This document shows positions 12,809 to 25,287 of a DNA stretch of 64,000 nt, in pieces. Below the pieces are notes generated by a model. That model did not search any database. It worked only from the letters and a program-made list of their open reading frames with translations, and was not told the DNA's origin. The stretch is taken from positions 3,196,453 through 3,260,452 of the forward strand of contig ML978122.1 in the NCBI GenBank assembly GCA_010015805.1, in the 5' to 3' direction. The translations under genes and the position numbers were made by a program. The number at the start of each line of letters is the position of its first letter. Within the stretch, counting starts at the first letter, position 1. Origin of the DNA: Rhizodiscina lignyota (Eukaryota).

Positions 12809-13261
12809 ATGCAGAAGTCCATCCTCGCACCTCTCGCTCTCATCATCGCCACCCTCGTGGCCGATGTCATCGCAGCCGGCAAGCCCACCGGTGGTCCCGG
12901 AACTGCCACTCTGACCGTCTTCTCCGGTAGCGACTTCAGCTGCGCCAACATCAACACCAAGATCCCGACCGACGGTACCGCCGGTACTAGTTCCTCCGTG
13001 AGCATCGTTGAAGACGGCTGCGCTCTCATCCCCATCGCCCCCGCCGACGTCTTTACTGCTACGATGACACTCGCACCAAAGAGCGGTACCCTCGGCTGCT
13101 GGATCCAGCTCTTCACGCAAGATGGCTGCGGCTTCACTCTTGAGAACTCCTTCTGGGGCCAACCGATCCCGGGCATCGATGCCGGTACCGTCCTGGGATG
13201 TGCGCAGGTGCCTGCTGGGCTTGGATTGACTTTTGGCGGGGCGTCCATGTTCTGCGCGTAG
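12809..13261 (+). CDS. Small secreted cysteine-containing protein (150 aa, 6 Cys), effector-like
   Basis: ATG 12809 begins a signal peptide (MQKSILAPLALIIATLVADVIA). Strong C-ending codon bias, six Cys, intronless. TATA-like motifs near 12525 and 12549. Confidence 0.8.
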   Translation: MQKSILAPLALIIATLVADVIAAGKPTGGPGTATLTVFSGSDFSCANINTKIPTDGTAGTSSSVSIVEDGCALIPIAPADVFTATMTLAPKSGTLGCWIQLFTQDGCGFTLENSFWGQPIPGIDAGTVLGCAQVPAGLGLTFGGASMFCA

Positions 13262-13927
13262 GCGCAAAAGTTGCTTTCTGGCATATTTCCTTAGGTCTGA
13301 ATATTGGCTGGAAATATACAGATACTTACATAAAACTTAATCCATAGTGGTTTATTATCCCTGACCTTATTGGTCACTTCCATATTTCGTCCAGGTTGAA
13401 TGGAAAGGTCCAATCAGCTCAGGAGGTTTTTAGATCATGTCCAGACTAAGCATCATAAATGAACCCGTTTTGAGATTAATGCGCTGCTGAATTGTCGATT
13501 GTGGGTACGAGTGAGCTTCTTCTGTCTATCGCGCCTCGAGGTCAGGGTATGGATATAAGGTTTCATAGTGACTGTTCAAAATGCGAACTTCTGGCACCTC
13601 GGCGACAATTTAGAAGGAGAGTTTCACTATTCCGGGGTGACACCTTGGCCTTTAGACATCAATTGGATATAAGTTGTGTATTGTTCTTCTTATCAGCGAG
13701 CAGAAGAGGTCCAAGTTTATCTTGAGTGAAAAGCCATCCCCCTAACTAAAACACCTTGAAGCTCAAGCACCAATTGTCAAAAATAGCATTGCTTTGCTGT
13801 TCCCAAATCATGCAGTTCGAGCATCAATTTACAAGACGACTTTCGCTCTTCAACCTCCAAGGTCCTGCAGTTAAAAGCACCAGTTGCAAACCAATCAGAA
13901 GCTCCACTTGCCCGTAAAGCGCAATCC

Positions 13928-14707
13928 TCAAGCATCAATCGAATCATGATGATCAAGTCCATCACGTACCGGCACCGAAGCTGGGTGAACTGCCTCGCCT
14001 GCTGCCAGACTCTCATCACCGCCCATGCAATCTTGACCTTCTTCCTCTCCCTCGCTCTCGGAGCCTGAGCCCAAGTCCACAATCACCGGTCCCGTACGTG
14101 TGCGGTAACGGGACGCCAACTCCGCCTCTCTATCCCTCAGCTGGCGACGGAACTCCTCCTCCTCCGCACGCGCACGCTGCTCAAGCTGCTGTCGCCAACC
14201 GCGTGCTGTGCGACCCGATGTTTCTGGCCTCATATACGCAGGCAGATGGCTGTAGAGGAGGTCTCGTCGATGGTAGATCGAGTTTGGATGAGCCACGCCG
14301 TACTGGTTGAGACGAGGGCCGGGAATAACGGGGCGCGAATTATAAGTGAGACGCACGCCTTCTTCCTGGTGGCTAGGCCTGGGGCGGCGAGGATCGTCGA
14401 CAAGGACGTCGGACGGGCGGAGGAGACTCGCTATGAGATTATCGTGGGCATTGGGCAGTCGGGCAGGGCGGTTGGTCGGAGGAGCAGGGCGGTTGGTCGG
14501 ACGAGCGCGGACGCTCTGGGTAGATCGAACACCGGAGTGATGAGCCTGTGTGCGATTGCCTGGTAAGGTCCGCTCTGGAGCGCCGGGGGAAGGGGGAGCA
14601 ATTGAAGTGTAGCGGCGGCCATCTGCGCTGATGCGCTCGCGACGAGTATCCGTGTTCACACCTCGAAGATTGCCCAACTCCTCTTGCCTGGCCCTGATGT
14701 TGGACAT
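13928..14707 (-). CDS. Hypothetical Arg/Pro-rich protein with an acidic C-terminus (259 aa)
   Basis: Long ORF with ATG in good context (GCCATG) at 14707. TATAAATA on the minus strand near 14885-14892. Internal PTNRPA duplication. No recognisable domain. Confidence 0.55.
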   Translation of the reverse strand: MSNIRARQEELGNLRGVNTDTRRERISADGRRYTSIAPPSPGAPERTLPGNRTQAHHSGVRSTQSVRARPTNRPAPPTNRPARLPNAHDNLIASLLRPSDVLVDDPRRPRPSHQEEGVRLTYNSRPVIPGPRLNQYGVAHPNSIYHRRDLLYSHLPAYMRPETSGRTARGWRQQLEQRARAEEEEFRRQLRDREAELASRYRTRTGPVIVDLGSGSESEGEEEGQDCMGGDESLAAGEAVHPASVPVRDGLDHHDSIDA

Positions 14708-16516
14708 GGCGTTGGAATGAGCAAATGGCGATTTTGCGCAAGAGATTGGCCAACAGAAACTGTAACTTGAAAACGTGCAGCTCTTGGAAAGAAGTCGAGA
14801 AGCTTCACCAACAGCGTGCGTGCCCTCTAGTGGGTTTGAGATGGAAGTGAAGAAGAGATCACTCGAATCAAAGAGTAGTAGCGTATTTATAGGCTGCTTG
14901 TCAGCGGGGAAATTATGAGGCGCAAGCAAAAGGCGGTGCGTATTTAGGTGTTTGAAGTCGAAGGGAGCCTGAGCCACGAGGGCTTGGCGTGAGGTGTTGT
15001 TGCGCTCGAGCACCGTCGAGATTGCAATTTATTGTGACTCCCCAATGACGCGTTTGGCTCATGTAGTCTGCTTCCAGCATATTCAAAAGATGCGAGACTC
15101 TCAAGGACGCGGAGAGTCAGGCAAATAATCGTTCCTTGAGGGCCTCCTTCTCGATAGAGTAGATGGCAAGCTGGAACGATTAATATCCCAACATAGAGTC
15201 CCTTCAATGCCTCTTACACCATGACGGTTCATACACGGTAAGGCCATTCAGACTGATCTATCGTACCGTCTTTCTTCATGGCTGTCATTTCTGACCCAAT
15301 TTTCATGCAGTGGTGCTTCTCGAGCGGCAATGTAAACCCTTCGAACTGATCGAATTCGTTTGGCAATTTCCGATAGTGTTGTGTCCCATATCTCTTTACA
15401 TATATCGCCATCTTACAAGTCGTTAAAGTCCTCTTATATCGCTTCTCCAACTGTCCTCGTTCTCGCCATTATCGCATCTCTGGCAGGCCTTAGTAGATTG
15501 CTCCATAGCTCAATGTATGACCGCAAGCTACAGTACTACAGTTTAAGTAGGTATATGACTTGTACTGAATCCACTGGCTATCTTGCGTGTCGGGTTCTCG
15601 GGTTGCATTCTGGTATACTACATCGTCAAAGAAGCGCAAGTTCAGCAGGGAGCAGAATACCCGGTCTGATCCTGAGAAAGGCCACAGGTGGCTCCTTCTC
15701 AGTATATAGAAGAAATACTTTGGTCAGAACTTCCCGGCATACAGCGGAGTGTCGCTCATGGCGTGAGTTCGCCACTCTCGGTTCGCTCGGTTCGTATCGA
15801 ACGGTGGCCGGTGTTATAGAAACTTACGAGATTTCATCTGGATAGAAGAGATAAGTCAACTACGAAGCGAGTGGAGGCAGCCACATGAAGTCGACTTGTA
15901 GTCTTTCAAAATGCTGTCATTGAGAAAGATTGTTTGCTGTTGGGGTGAGGTTGGATGGATCGGCGAAAAGGAGCGTCAAGCACGACAACCCCGGTTGCAA
16001 CAAGACTGCAATGGAGGCCATCTCTGAAAGGTCAATGATCTGTGCCTAGTGTCCTGGTGGACAAAGATTTATGGCCGCAAAGATCACATTTCAAGTTGGT
16101 CCGAGAGATGGCCATCGTACGAGTCGCAGTTCGCTCCCCTGAAGCCTCGGTCCACTCTTGAGCCGGACATTAGCGGCGCTCCCGAAGATCAACCGACTGG
16201 ATGATCGGCGGGTACCAAACCACCCATTATTCGGTACGGGATCACCTAGATATTAGGTGCCTGGGCAACCATAGGTTGGCCAGGCTACCTGTAATTATTT
16301 GGGCCGAGCTGATGATCTCCACTCGCGAGTTTTCTCCGCCTTTTTAATATCAAGGTCTTCATAACGTCATTTCCATAGGGTCATCCTCAGTCGTTATTTG
16401 TTATCCGGGAGATTGTTAGGCCAGGAATTATTAAGCATTTTGCATATATATGCACAGGAGTATCGTAACCACTTCGCTGTAGGACATTACGGAGTAGATC
16501 AGTAAAGTACACTACT

Positions 16517-16562
16517 ACATCAACATCAACATCAATATCAACGTCAACATCAATTACATCAA
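16517..16562 (+). repeat. Imperfect (CAACAT)n microsatellite in the 5' leader of the NAD(P)-binding protein gene
   Basis: acatcaacatcaacatcaatatcaacgtcaacatcaattacatc immediately upstream of ATG 16572. Confidence 0.8.
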
Positions 16563-16571
16563 TCTTTCAAA

Positions 16572-17399
16572 ATGTCAACACCACACATTCTTCTCCTTGG
16601 CGGTCATGGCAAAATTGCTCAACTCATGACCCCTCTGTTCCTCGCGCGCTCCTGGACCGTGACCTCTATGATCCGGACTGCCGAACAAACCTCCACGATC
16701 GAAGGCCTCGGCAAGTCGCAACCAGGCAAGCTCAACGTACTCGTCAGTAGCATCGAAGAAGTCAAGACGAACGAGGATGCGAAGAAGATCATCGACTCCG
16801 TCAAGCCCACATGGATCGTGTGGAGCGCCGGAGCAGGTGGAAAGGGCGGCCCATCCAGGACCGATGCCGTTGATCACATTGCGGCGAAGCGCTTCATCCA
16901 CGCCGCATTCTACACGCCGAGCATCACCAAGTTTCTCTTGATCTCGTACATAGGCAGTCGCCGCAACAAGCCCAGCTGGTGGACCGAAGACGCATGGAAG
17001 GCGTCTCTGCACGTGAATGAGAACGTGCTGGCAGCGTACCACGTCGCGAAGCTCAAGGCTGATGAGTACTTCCAGTCCGCGTTTGAGGCAGCGAAGGCAG
17101 GCAAGCGTCCTGGAGGCGCGGAGTTTGCGGCAATTGACTTGCGTCCTGGAAGTCTCACGGATGAGCCCGCTGGGAAGGTGCAGTTGGGAAAGACGGAGGG
17201 AAGCGGAAAGAGTAGCAGGGCAAGAGTGGCTGAGATCACGGCTGCGCTGTTGGAGAGCGGGTATAAGGGCGGATGGGTTGATATGTTGGATGGAGACGAG
17301 ACGGTCAGCGACGCTGTGCAGAGAGTGACAAAGGCGAATGAGGATGCAATCGAGGGTGAGGATGTCGAAGCAATGAAGCCGCTATTTGAGAAAGAGTAA
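16572..17399 (+). CDS. NAD(P)-binding Rossmann-fold protein, atypical SDR (YMR090W/YhfK-like)
   Basis: ILLLGGHGKIA, VWSAGAGGKGG..RTDAVD, Y..AKLKAD and LRPGSLTD motifs; intronless 275-aa ORF. Confidence 0.9.
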   Translation: MSTPHILLLGGHGKIAQLMTPLFLARSWTVTSMIRTAEQTSTIEGLGKSQPGKLNVLVSSIEEVKTNEDAKKIIDSVKPTWIVWSAGAGGKGGPSRTDAVDHIAAKRFIHAAFYTPSITKFLLISYIGSRRNKPSWWTEDAWKASLHVNENVLAAYHVAKLKADEYFQSAFEAAKAGKRPGGAEFAAIDLRPGSLTDEPAGKVQLGKTEGSGKSSRARVAEITAALLESGYKGGWVDMLDGDETVSDAVQRVTKANEDAIEGEDVEAMKPLFEKE

Positions 17400-17439
17400 G
17401 CCGGCCAAACGATTACACCCCCAGCATGGCATTAAAGCT

Positions 17440-17780
17440 TGACCAGTGAAAATGGAGCGAGACTGTAAGATTGGAGATATATTATACGTATTCCGCTTTA
17501 CCGATATCGGGAACGATGGATCGAAGATATCATAAGGTTGTATAAGAATAAAGACAATTCGCCTGAAGTTCAAAGCGAAACCAGTCGTATCACAGCTGTA
17601 AGGCGCTTTGCGATTTTTCCCTTCTCGGTCATTCTGTACTCGAAGATAATATGGTCCAAAATACTGGATATCTTTCAAGTGCCATCAAATCTCAAAACAG
17701 ACCTACAAATCGAAATCCCCACTCGCATTGCTCCGTGGGCTGTCCCCGGCGCTACCATAGCATAACAAGCGCCTTTGTCG
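17440..17780 (+). pseudogene. Second, more decayed copy of the relic at 2308-3040
   Basis: By hand alignment 17535-17592 matches 2951-2894 (minus) at 44/58 nt (YKNKDNSPEVQSETSRI vs YKSKDNSLEAQKEASRI). Further collinear blocks: cagtgaaa, agatatattat, gtgccRtcaaaYctca, acaagcgc. Confidence 0.6.
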
Positions 17781-18075
17781 ACAACGTGTGAGAGCCAGCG
17801 GTATCCAGTTTGATAGGATCAAATGCTCGGGGAGGGACAGCACATTGAGATAAATCCTGAGTTGCTTCCGCCTTCGAAGTTGATCTGTGTGATATTCGGT
17901 TATTTTGGGGCTTAGATGCGAGTCTTGATCTCCGAGCACAGGAGACAGGTCTCGGTTAACTGTTTCAAACACACGTTCTGTATTTTTGCACGACTTGAAC
18001 GCGTTATAGGTATTGGTATCTTCACATTAAAATTCTCAGGCGCTTTCCGCGAAAAGTCGCCGTCGTGCATCTGCC

Positions 18076-20666
18076 TCAGTTGTTCAACGCCAGACAAGCA
18101 TCCACAGCAGCGCCAACCCTGTACAGTGAATCAGCTGTGATACTCAAGCATTGGAGAAAATAGTCACATACCGTCCCTCTTTCATCCTCACAACATCATC
18201 AATGACCTCTCTATCCAAATTCGGGAACATGCCCAATAACGTTTCCACTACCACCTGATGCTCCTGCCTCTGCAGTCTTTTCGCTTGCTCCACTTCCGCA
18301 CTCGCCTGCAGCGCTGCTGCATCTTCAGCCGTCATTTTCTGTTGCTGCTGTGTCTGCTGACCGGGCGGGGTTAGAAACTGTTGATTGCTAGGCTGCTCTC
18401 CCGACCGGCGTCCTTCATAACTCTCCCGTGGTGAAGGTGCAGGGCGAGTTGCAGGAGACAGTCTTCTCGCCGGTTGAGGCGTCGCAGGTGCGCGTGCAGG
18501 ATAAGTGGTACCACCAGTGTTGCCTGCGTCGTCGGAAAAGATGCGGCCGATTGTTGAGAGCGGACGCTGGATTGTGCGCAGCAGACCAGCAACCGCGGCG
18601 TTTTCTTCACCTTCCCCCTCACTACTTACCTCAGCTCGTGCACCGTTGTTGCGCCGCGAAGGAGACCGGTTCGGCACGATGCGTTCCGCCTCGAGTGAGT
18701 TGCGCGGCGTCACTTCTGGCCTGCTTAGCGTCGATTTCTCCGATATTATTTGCGGCGACGGCTGCAATTGGCGCGTGGAACTCTCAGAGTCAGGCAGATG
18801 GCGCCTCTCTTCCGCCGAATGCCGTTCCGCGATTGCGGATACAGCTGCCTCGACGTTCTTCTCGAAGTCGGCATCAGAGACGGTCAGAGAGGTCCGATCG
18901 AGAGCTTCGATGAATTGGATGGCACCCATCAAGGATGAGATGTAATAACCGGCTTCGCCGCCAAGTTTCTCTTGGTTGCGGAAACGAAGAATGTATTGTA
19001 CGTTTGAAACGAGATGTTCTGGGTTCGCTTGGAGGACTGTGTAGATGAGTAGTGGGATGAAGGAGTCGGCTGATTGATCTGATTGCGCGCTGCGGAGGAA
19101 CCCAAAGATGACTTTACAGGAGTTCAAGACGCAAATGACTTTATCTCGAGGTGCTCGGTAGCTGTTCACTTTAAGAAGCTCTGAAAACGAACATTAGCGA
19201 AACATCTGTTCTTAAGGCTCGTTAAGTTAATGGTACGAACCTTGTTGCGCAAGCTTTAAAAATTTCTTTCCCTTGTCGCCAACAGTTTTTATGTCCAGGT
19301 GCTCTTCTCTCACCCAGCCGTATATTCTGACCTTCTGAGCCAGAATTTCGTCACGCTCAACGTCTTCTTGGTGCTGCCCACGCCGGCCAGTGCCAAGCGG
19401 GACCGCACCTCCTTTTCTCTTGCCTTTCAACTCTGGTATTGGCTCTGGTGCAGGTATTGCGGGCGAAAAGCATTGTGAATACAGCCGATTCATAACAAGC
19501 TTCTCCATTCCTTCTCTTGCATTGTCAAATTCGGCATCAGATACGGTCCGCCAAACCTCACACTGTGCCATCTTCTTGCTGATAAATTCAAGAAAGTCGC
19601 TGATGATCTTGACTTGCTCATGTACCATCCACTGTTTCTTGCCAAATTCAAAGAGGAAAGAGCGTAAGAATTTTGCGACAGGGTCTGCGGTTCGGTGTCG
19701 CAATTGTTCGAGGAATCGGTGGAAGTCGAAGGGTAAGTCAGGTTCGGGATCGGGTTCTGGAGGTGGTGGCTTGTATATTTTTGGTGGTGGCTCGGGAGAA
19801 GGAAGCTGCTGAGAGGGAGGTTGTTCTAAAGTCGGAGGTCCTGGCTGAAGTGAAGATGATCGAGGGGGGAGGCTCTCCGAAATTGATGCCCCTGACTGAC
19901 CAGAATGCATCTGCGAAAGTTGAGCCCCAGAATGTATAGGTTCTAAACTTGACCGCCTTGGTGGAAAGAAGCTGTTTGGGGAAGACAGCAGAGGGCCAGC
20001 TTTCTCTAACCGTGGTGACATGATCTCCTGTTCCCCAAGGCCGCCCATTCCATCTTCAAACTGGTCCATAATGCTCTGGATTTCTGATCTTGAATCGTCC
20101 ATAATAACACTACCCTCATCCTGTATTCTCTCGTCTTTGGCAGCTACCACCGCACCGGCATTTCGGAGAGTTTCTAAAGTTGGAGGGTCCTGAGGGAGGG
20201 GTTTCGGTGGAGGTTGTTCAGATGTAGAGCCAAGGTACTTTTCGTCTTTGGGAGGAGGTGGTGGGGGAGGAGGAGAGCTTTCCGGTACACTCGTTTCGAT
20301 ATTTGTTTCCGGTCGCAATGGCTCTGCCAGCGACAGGTCCCTGACCTTCTCTTTTAGATCTTCTTCCGCATTCTGCTTAGCAATATCCTGACTCTTCGAA
20401 TGTTCCACGTCCTGGCCAACTTGGTCAGATGTGATCCCCTCATCTGCGAGTGGAGTTTGCGATCCATTCTGGGGCAATTCTGAGTACTTTGCGGCCTCAG
20501 CACCGCCATCTGTGGCTACCGCTGCAACTTCTCCATGTTTGGCCTCTGATTCTGCAGTGTTCTCTGAGCTTGAAGCTTTCTCGTCCAGCTTCTCCGGGAT
20601 ATCTGAAGCAGTTATCGGAGGTATTTCCGGCGATCGCTGCGTTTCTGCGGGCTGTGGGGAAGTCAT
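18076..20666 (-). CDS. VPS9: Vps9-domain Rab5 guanine nucleotide exchange factor with C-terminal CUE domain; exons 20666-19241, 19180-18172, 18118-18076
   Basis: FDFHRFLEQLR, EGMEKLVMNRLY, YRAPRDKVICVLN, SADSFIPLLIY and GEAGYY motifs. CUE motif MFPNLDREVI..GAAVDACL is completed by intron 18171-18119. Confidence 0.93.
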
Positions 20667-21033
20667 AGGCCTCTGTCGGCTGGAACAGTGAAACAAAAAC
20701 GTCGAGAATAGTAGACAACTTCCATGGAAGGGAACAAGAAGATTGCGGCGTAGCAGGAGAGTCTCGTGGCCCGCCGTGGGCGCAGGTCTTACGCAAGTTA
20801 AGAAGCACCCTCGGGGCCCGAGCTTCGCAGTGCCAAGACTTGCGGCTATTTCCGTCATCGCCCTATATAAACTTCCGAACCGTTTGCTTTGACCTTCAAC
20901 CTCGCACTCGCACCACAAACCACCAATCTGCAAGCACCGTTCTCTACACCAACGTGAAAAGATGGTGCTGCCAGATTCAGCGCACCCTTGAAACGCGTCT
21001 TAATGCATCGCGCATCCGAAGACGCGTCAAGCG

Positions 21034-22873
21034 ATGTGCGGCATCCATTGTGTGCTGAGTATTGACAACACTTCAAACACTGAGCAAATACCAAAGGATC
21101 TCCTGCTGAGAAGAGGTCCGGACTCATGCCGTGAGCACTCTGTCACATTCAAAAATGCACTGAAGCAATCTCTCACAATCTCATTCATCTCCACTGTACT
21201 GTCTCTTCGAGGCAAAGATATTGTGACCCAGCCACTTGTCGATGAAGCATCTGGATCAACTCTCTGTTGGAATGGCGAAGCTTGGAGTATTAATGGCGAT
21301 GCTGTCTCCGGCAACGACTCTCTGGCTGTGTTTCAACTACTCCTTCAAGCATCAAACACAACCAAGGGTTTGCCCATGCCCCATGCAGTGGCTGCATTTT
21401 GTCGGGCACTGATGCTTCTCCGCGGACCGTACGCTTTTGTCTATTATGACGCGTCTCACCGCCTGCTTATGTACGGAAGAGATTGCCTTGGACGGCGATC
21501 GCTTGTACAGAGTCACGACTCGACAGGCAGTTTGATTCTGTCAAGTATCTGTGGATATCCAACCTCGTGTACCTGGACTGAAGTCGAGGCAGACGGAGTA
21601 TATGTCATTGGCCTCTCAGGTGCAGCTGACATGAACTTCTTTGACACAGACATGGGAGTCTCCGCCTCTTGTTCCACCAAGAGGATTCCATACAGGTATC
21701 GGCAGAGCGATCTGCCTGTTGAACCTGCTCTAGTGAGTTATTACCATTTCGATCTTAGTATTCTCGCTAATTCTCCAAGATATACCCTTTCCCTTCCTTG
21801 AATAAAGAACTTCCTGACCAAGATGAACCAGCAAACATTGCAACTGCGGTCGACGCTCTTGAGGAGGTGCTCCGTCAGTCTCTGAACACTAGAGTCACTG
21901 ATATTCGTGGACACACCCAACCATCAGCGTCCGTTGATGTGGATGGGTCTCTTCACGCAGAGATTGCAATACTGTTCTCTGGAGGTTTAGATTGCACTGT
22001 GCTTGCTCGTATGGTCCATGATATCCTCCCCTTGTCGCAGTCCATCGATCTGTTGAATGTCGCCTTCGAGAATCCTCGCATACACGGTTCACTTGAATCG
22101 GATAGTCGCAGATCCAAGATTCCATACGACGAATGCCCGGATCGGATCACAGCAAGAAAGTCATACCACGAGCTTCAACTTGTGTGTACTGGCAGACGAT
22201 GGAACCTAGTTGAGATCAACATCCCATACACCGAAACCGTCGCTCATAGAGGTATTGTCAGGGCACTGATGCATCCACACAATATGGAGATGGATCTTTC
22301 GATCGCATATGCGCTGTATTTTGCCTCTCGTGGCATCGGTGTAGTCAGTGGTGGCGTTGACAACGTATCTTACGCCTCAGCTGCGCGCGTTTTACTGTCT
22401 GGTCTAGGTGCTGACGAGCTATTCGGTGGTTACCAACGACATGCTACTGCATTTGCTCGACATGGCTTTCAGGGACTGGTGGATGAACTCGAGCTGGACA
22501 TCAATCGCCTCGGGAAGCGCAATCTTGGCCGCGACGACCGTGTTATGTCACATTGGGGAAAAGAAGTTCGATTTCCTTACCTCGACGAAGATTTGTTGGC
22601 ATGGGCGCTTGCTGCGCCCGTTTGGCAGAAATGTGGATTTGGCTCTCAGCCGGACCTCTCTGGCGCCACCCTCGAACCTGGTAAGAAAGTCTTACGACTG
22701 CTTGCTTGGAAGCTTGGGATGCAGGAGGTTGCGTTCGAAAAGAAGAGAGCGGTAAGACTATTAGAGATCTGATCATCTTTCTCGACTAACGACAAGTTTA
22801 GATCCAATTCGGTGCTCGCACCGCAAAAATGGAAGGCGGCAAGGTCAAAGGGACACAGTTGCTGTCTTCATGA
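21034..22873 (+). CDS. Asparagine synthetase domain-containing protein (ASNSD1/YML096W-like); exons 21034-21732, 21780-22751, 22802-22873
   Basis: N-terminal MCGI (Ntn Cys), RRGPD, WNGE, RDCLGRRSL, LFSGGLDC, SGLGADELFGGY, RNLGRDDR. KKRAIQFGAR is restored by splicing. Confidence 0.92.
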
Positions 22874-23664
22874 TGCGCAACGAAGGGGCCGCGATGAAAT
22901 TCTGTTGGCACTGGTGACAACTCTCACCAAGCAGGGAAACGTCGGCTGTGATGACAAAAAATGTACAGATACTTCTGAATCCTCAACGTTAAACCGGCCT
23001 CTCTCCTCAGCATGCGTTTTCATTGTACATCGATAACCGGCTGGTGAAGGGGTTTCGGGCGTTGAGCGACATGATCACAGAAAGGCAAGTCTGAGCCGAC
23101 GTACCAAGATAATACTTAGCATCAATCTATCTTTATCTCCTGCATTTCCGTCCCGATCTCGATCTTTTGAAACCCCGGAAACTCGGCATGTTCTCCGCCT
23201 TCCCCCGAGTCGGGCTAGCTTCATCCCGCGCGGCTCTTGACGCGCCGCCAAAATCGCTCCCGCCGCCCAAAATCTTCTCCTCCTCGACTCGTCGGGCCCC
23301 AACGTTCCAGCTTCGACCACTCATGTTGGAATGTTCGAGCAGAGTTCTCAAACAGTAGCCACAATTGCCAGTCACAGACATCTCGATGGCAAGAGAGGCG
23401 TCCCATTCGACGCCCAACTGCACCAAATGTAGGTTTCTGCATATGGGCATGCAAGTAACACCGCCTCTTCTTCACAAACTCGGCTTTTTCTTGCCGTAGC
23501 GTGGAAAAGCGCACATGCAATCGGGTTCAATGAAATTGAGGGCTCCCGCCCATTTTTCGATCGTTATCTTTTTCTTTCCTTTCAGCAGCTACTCTCACTC
23601 ATTTCGTCGTTCCCTGGAATGTACCAAGTGTGGTGGATACTAATACGCGATCACCTCTTCCACC

Positions 23665-25287
23665 ATGCTAACCATTCAGTCCGAGAAGGAGGTTGAAGTG
23701 GCGGAGCAGCCGTGCTCTTCCAAGCCGGCTAGCACGAGGACCGACTCTAACTTCTCCAACACGTCGAGTGACTTCGATGAGAAAGAGCCTCATGTACTTG
23801 AGGCCGGCGTCGATTACGACGAGAAGCATATCACCGAAGATGATGAGATCCACGAAGATAATGAGAGACCGCCCACGCCGTCGCCACTCAAGAAGACAGC
23901 TTCCAATGTCCTCACAAAGGTGGCCAGTCATATGACGACACGCTCCATCGTCAACCCTGGACCACCACCCGACGGCGGCATCAAGGCATGGACGCAGGTA
24001 GCAATGGGCTGGATTGTTATCTTCACCACTTGGGGTACGCTTCATTCTCAGACCCCTTCAACCGCCACCATACTAACCACCGTAAAGGCTACGTCAACTC
24101 TTTCGGCGCCTTCCAGCCCTATTACACCTCCACCCTCCCTGGCGTCAATGCATCCACTGTCTCCTGGATCGGTAGCATCCAGGTCTGGTTGACCTTCTTC
24201 ATCGGCGCCTTCTCCGGACGCATGCTCGACGCGGGCCTCTTCGTGCCAGCCTTCTGCGTTGGTGCCGTGCTGCAGCTACTTGGAATCTTCATGATGAGCT
24301 TGTCCACAAAGTACTGGCAGCTCGTGCTCACGCAGGGTATCATGACAGGCCTCGGCGGCGGCATCTTCTTCTGTCCCGCGCTCGGCCTCGTCGCGACGTA
24401 TTTCAGCAAGAGGAGGGCAATGGCGATAGCGATTGCGAGTACGGGGAATGCCGTCGGAGGAATGATCTACCCTGTGCTGGCGAAGGAACTTCTTGGGCGA
24501 ATTGGCTTCGCGTGGACGACCAGGGTGCTTGGGTTCGTTAACCTGGCCGGGCTGCTGGTATGCGCAGTCTTCATGAGGCCGAGACTGCCGCCGCGAAGGA
24601 GCGGACCGATCATCGACTGGACCGCGTGGAAGGAGCCGATGTATGTGCTTTTTGTGATCGGCATGATGGCCACGACGTGGGCGTTGTACTTCTGTCTATA
24701 TTATGTATGTCCCTGCCTCCCCTTATCTCACACTGTTATTCGACTAGTGTACTAACACCGATGCCCAGCTCGCCTCTTTCGCCATAAATGTCACCCACCT
24801 CCCCTACACCACCTCCACCACACTCATCATTATCGTCAATGGCGTCGGCGTCCCCGCGCGTCTCATCCCCCCTCTCTTCGCAAATCGATACGGTCTCCTA
24901 AACACCTTTATCCCCTTGCTGCTCTCCACCGCCCTCCTCACCTATCTCCAAGCCGCAATTACCTCCACTACGGGACTCTATATCTGGACCGTCGTGTATG
25001 GCATGAGCAACGCCGCGTTCCAGTGCCTCGTACCCACTACAGCAGCGAGTTTGTGCAATGACTTAAGTCGTGTGGGGACGCGGCTGGGGATGCTGTTTAG
25101 TTGTATGTCTTTTGCGGCGCTGACGGGACCGCCGATTGGCGGGGCGATTATTGGCTCATTGGGTAGTGGGAGGGAAGGGTATATTGCTGCGGTGTGTTGG
25201 GCAGGGAGTGCAGCGCTATTAGGTGTTGTATTAATCTATGTTGGGAGAGTTTGGGTATTTGGCTGGAGCTGGAAGGTGAAAGTCTGA
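23665..25287 (+). CDS. MFS transporter, monocarboxylate porter (Mch/MCH5-like) family; exons 23665-24034, 24088-24704, 24769-25287
   Basis: PPDGG..AW, WGYVNSFGAFQ.YY, SWIGSIQ, YFSKRRAMA, GTRLG and LTGPPIGGA motifs; many hydrophobic helices; two canonical introns. Confidence 0.92.

Noticed and set aside
16243..16284. Two adjacent short inverted repeats (CACCTA/TAGGTG; CCTGG-CAACC/GGTTG-CCAGG)
   Set aside because: Too short to distinguish from chance or from palindromic TF sites; no larger structure.
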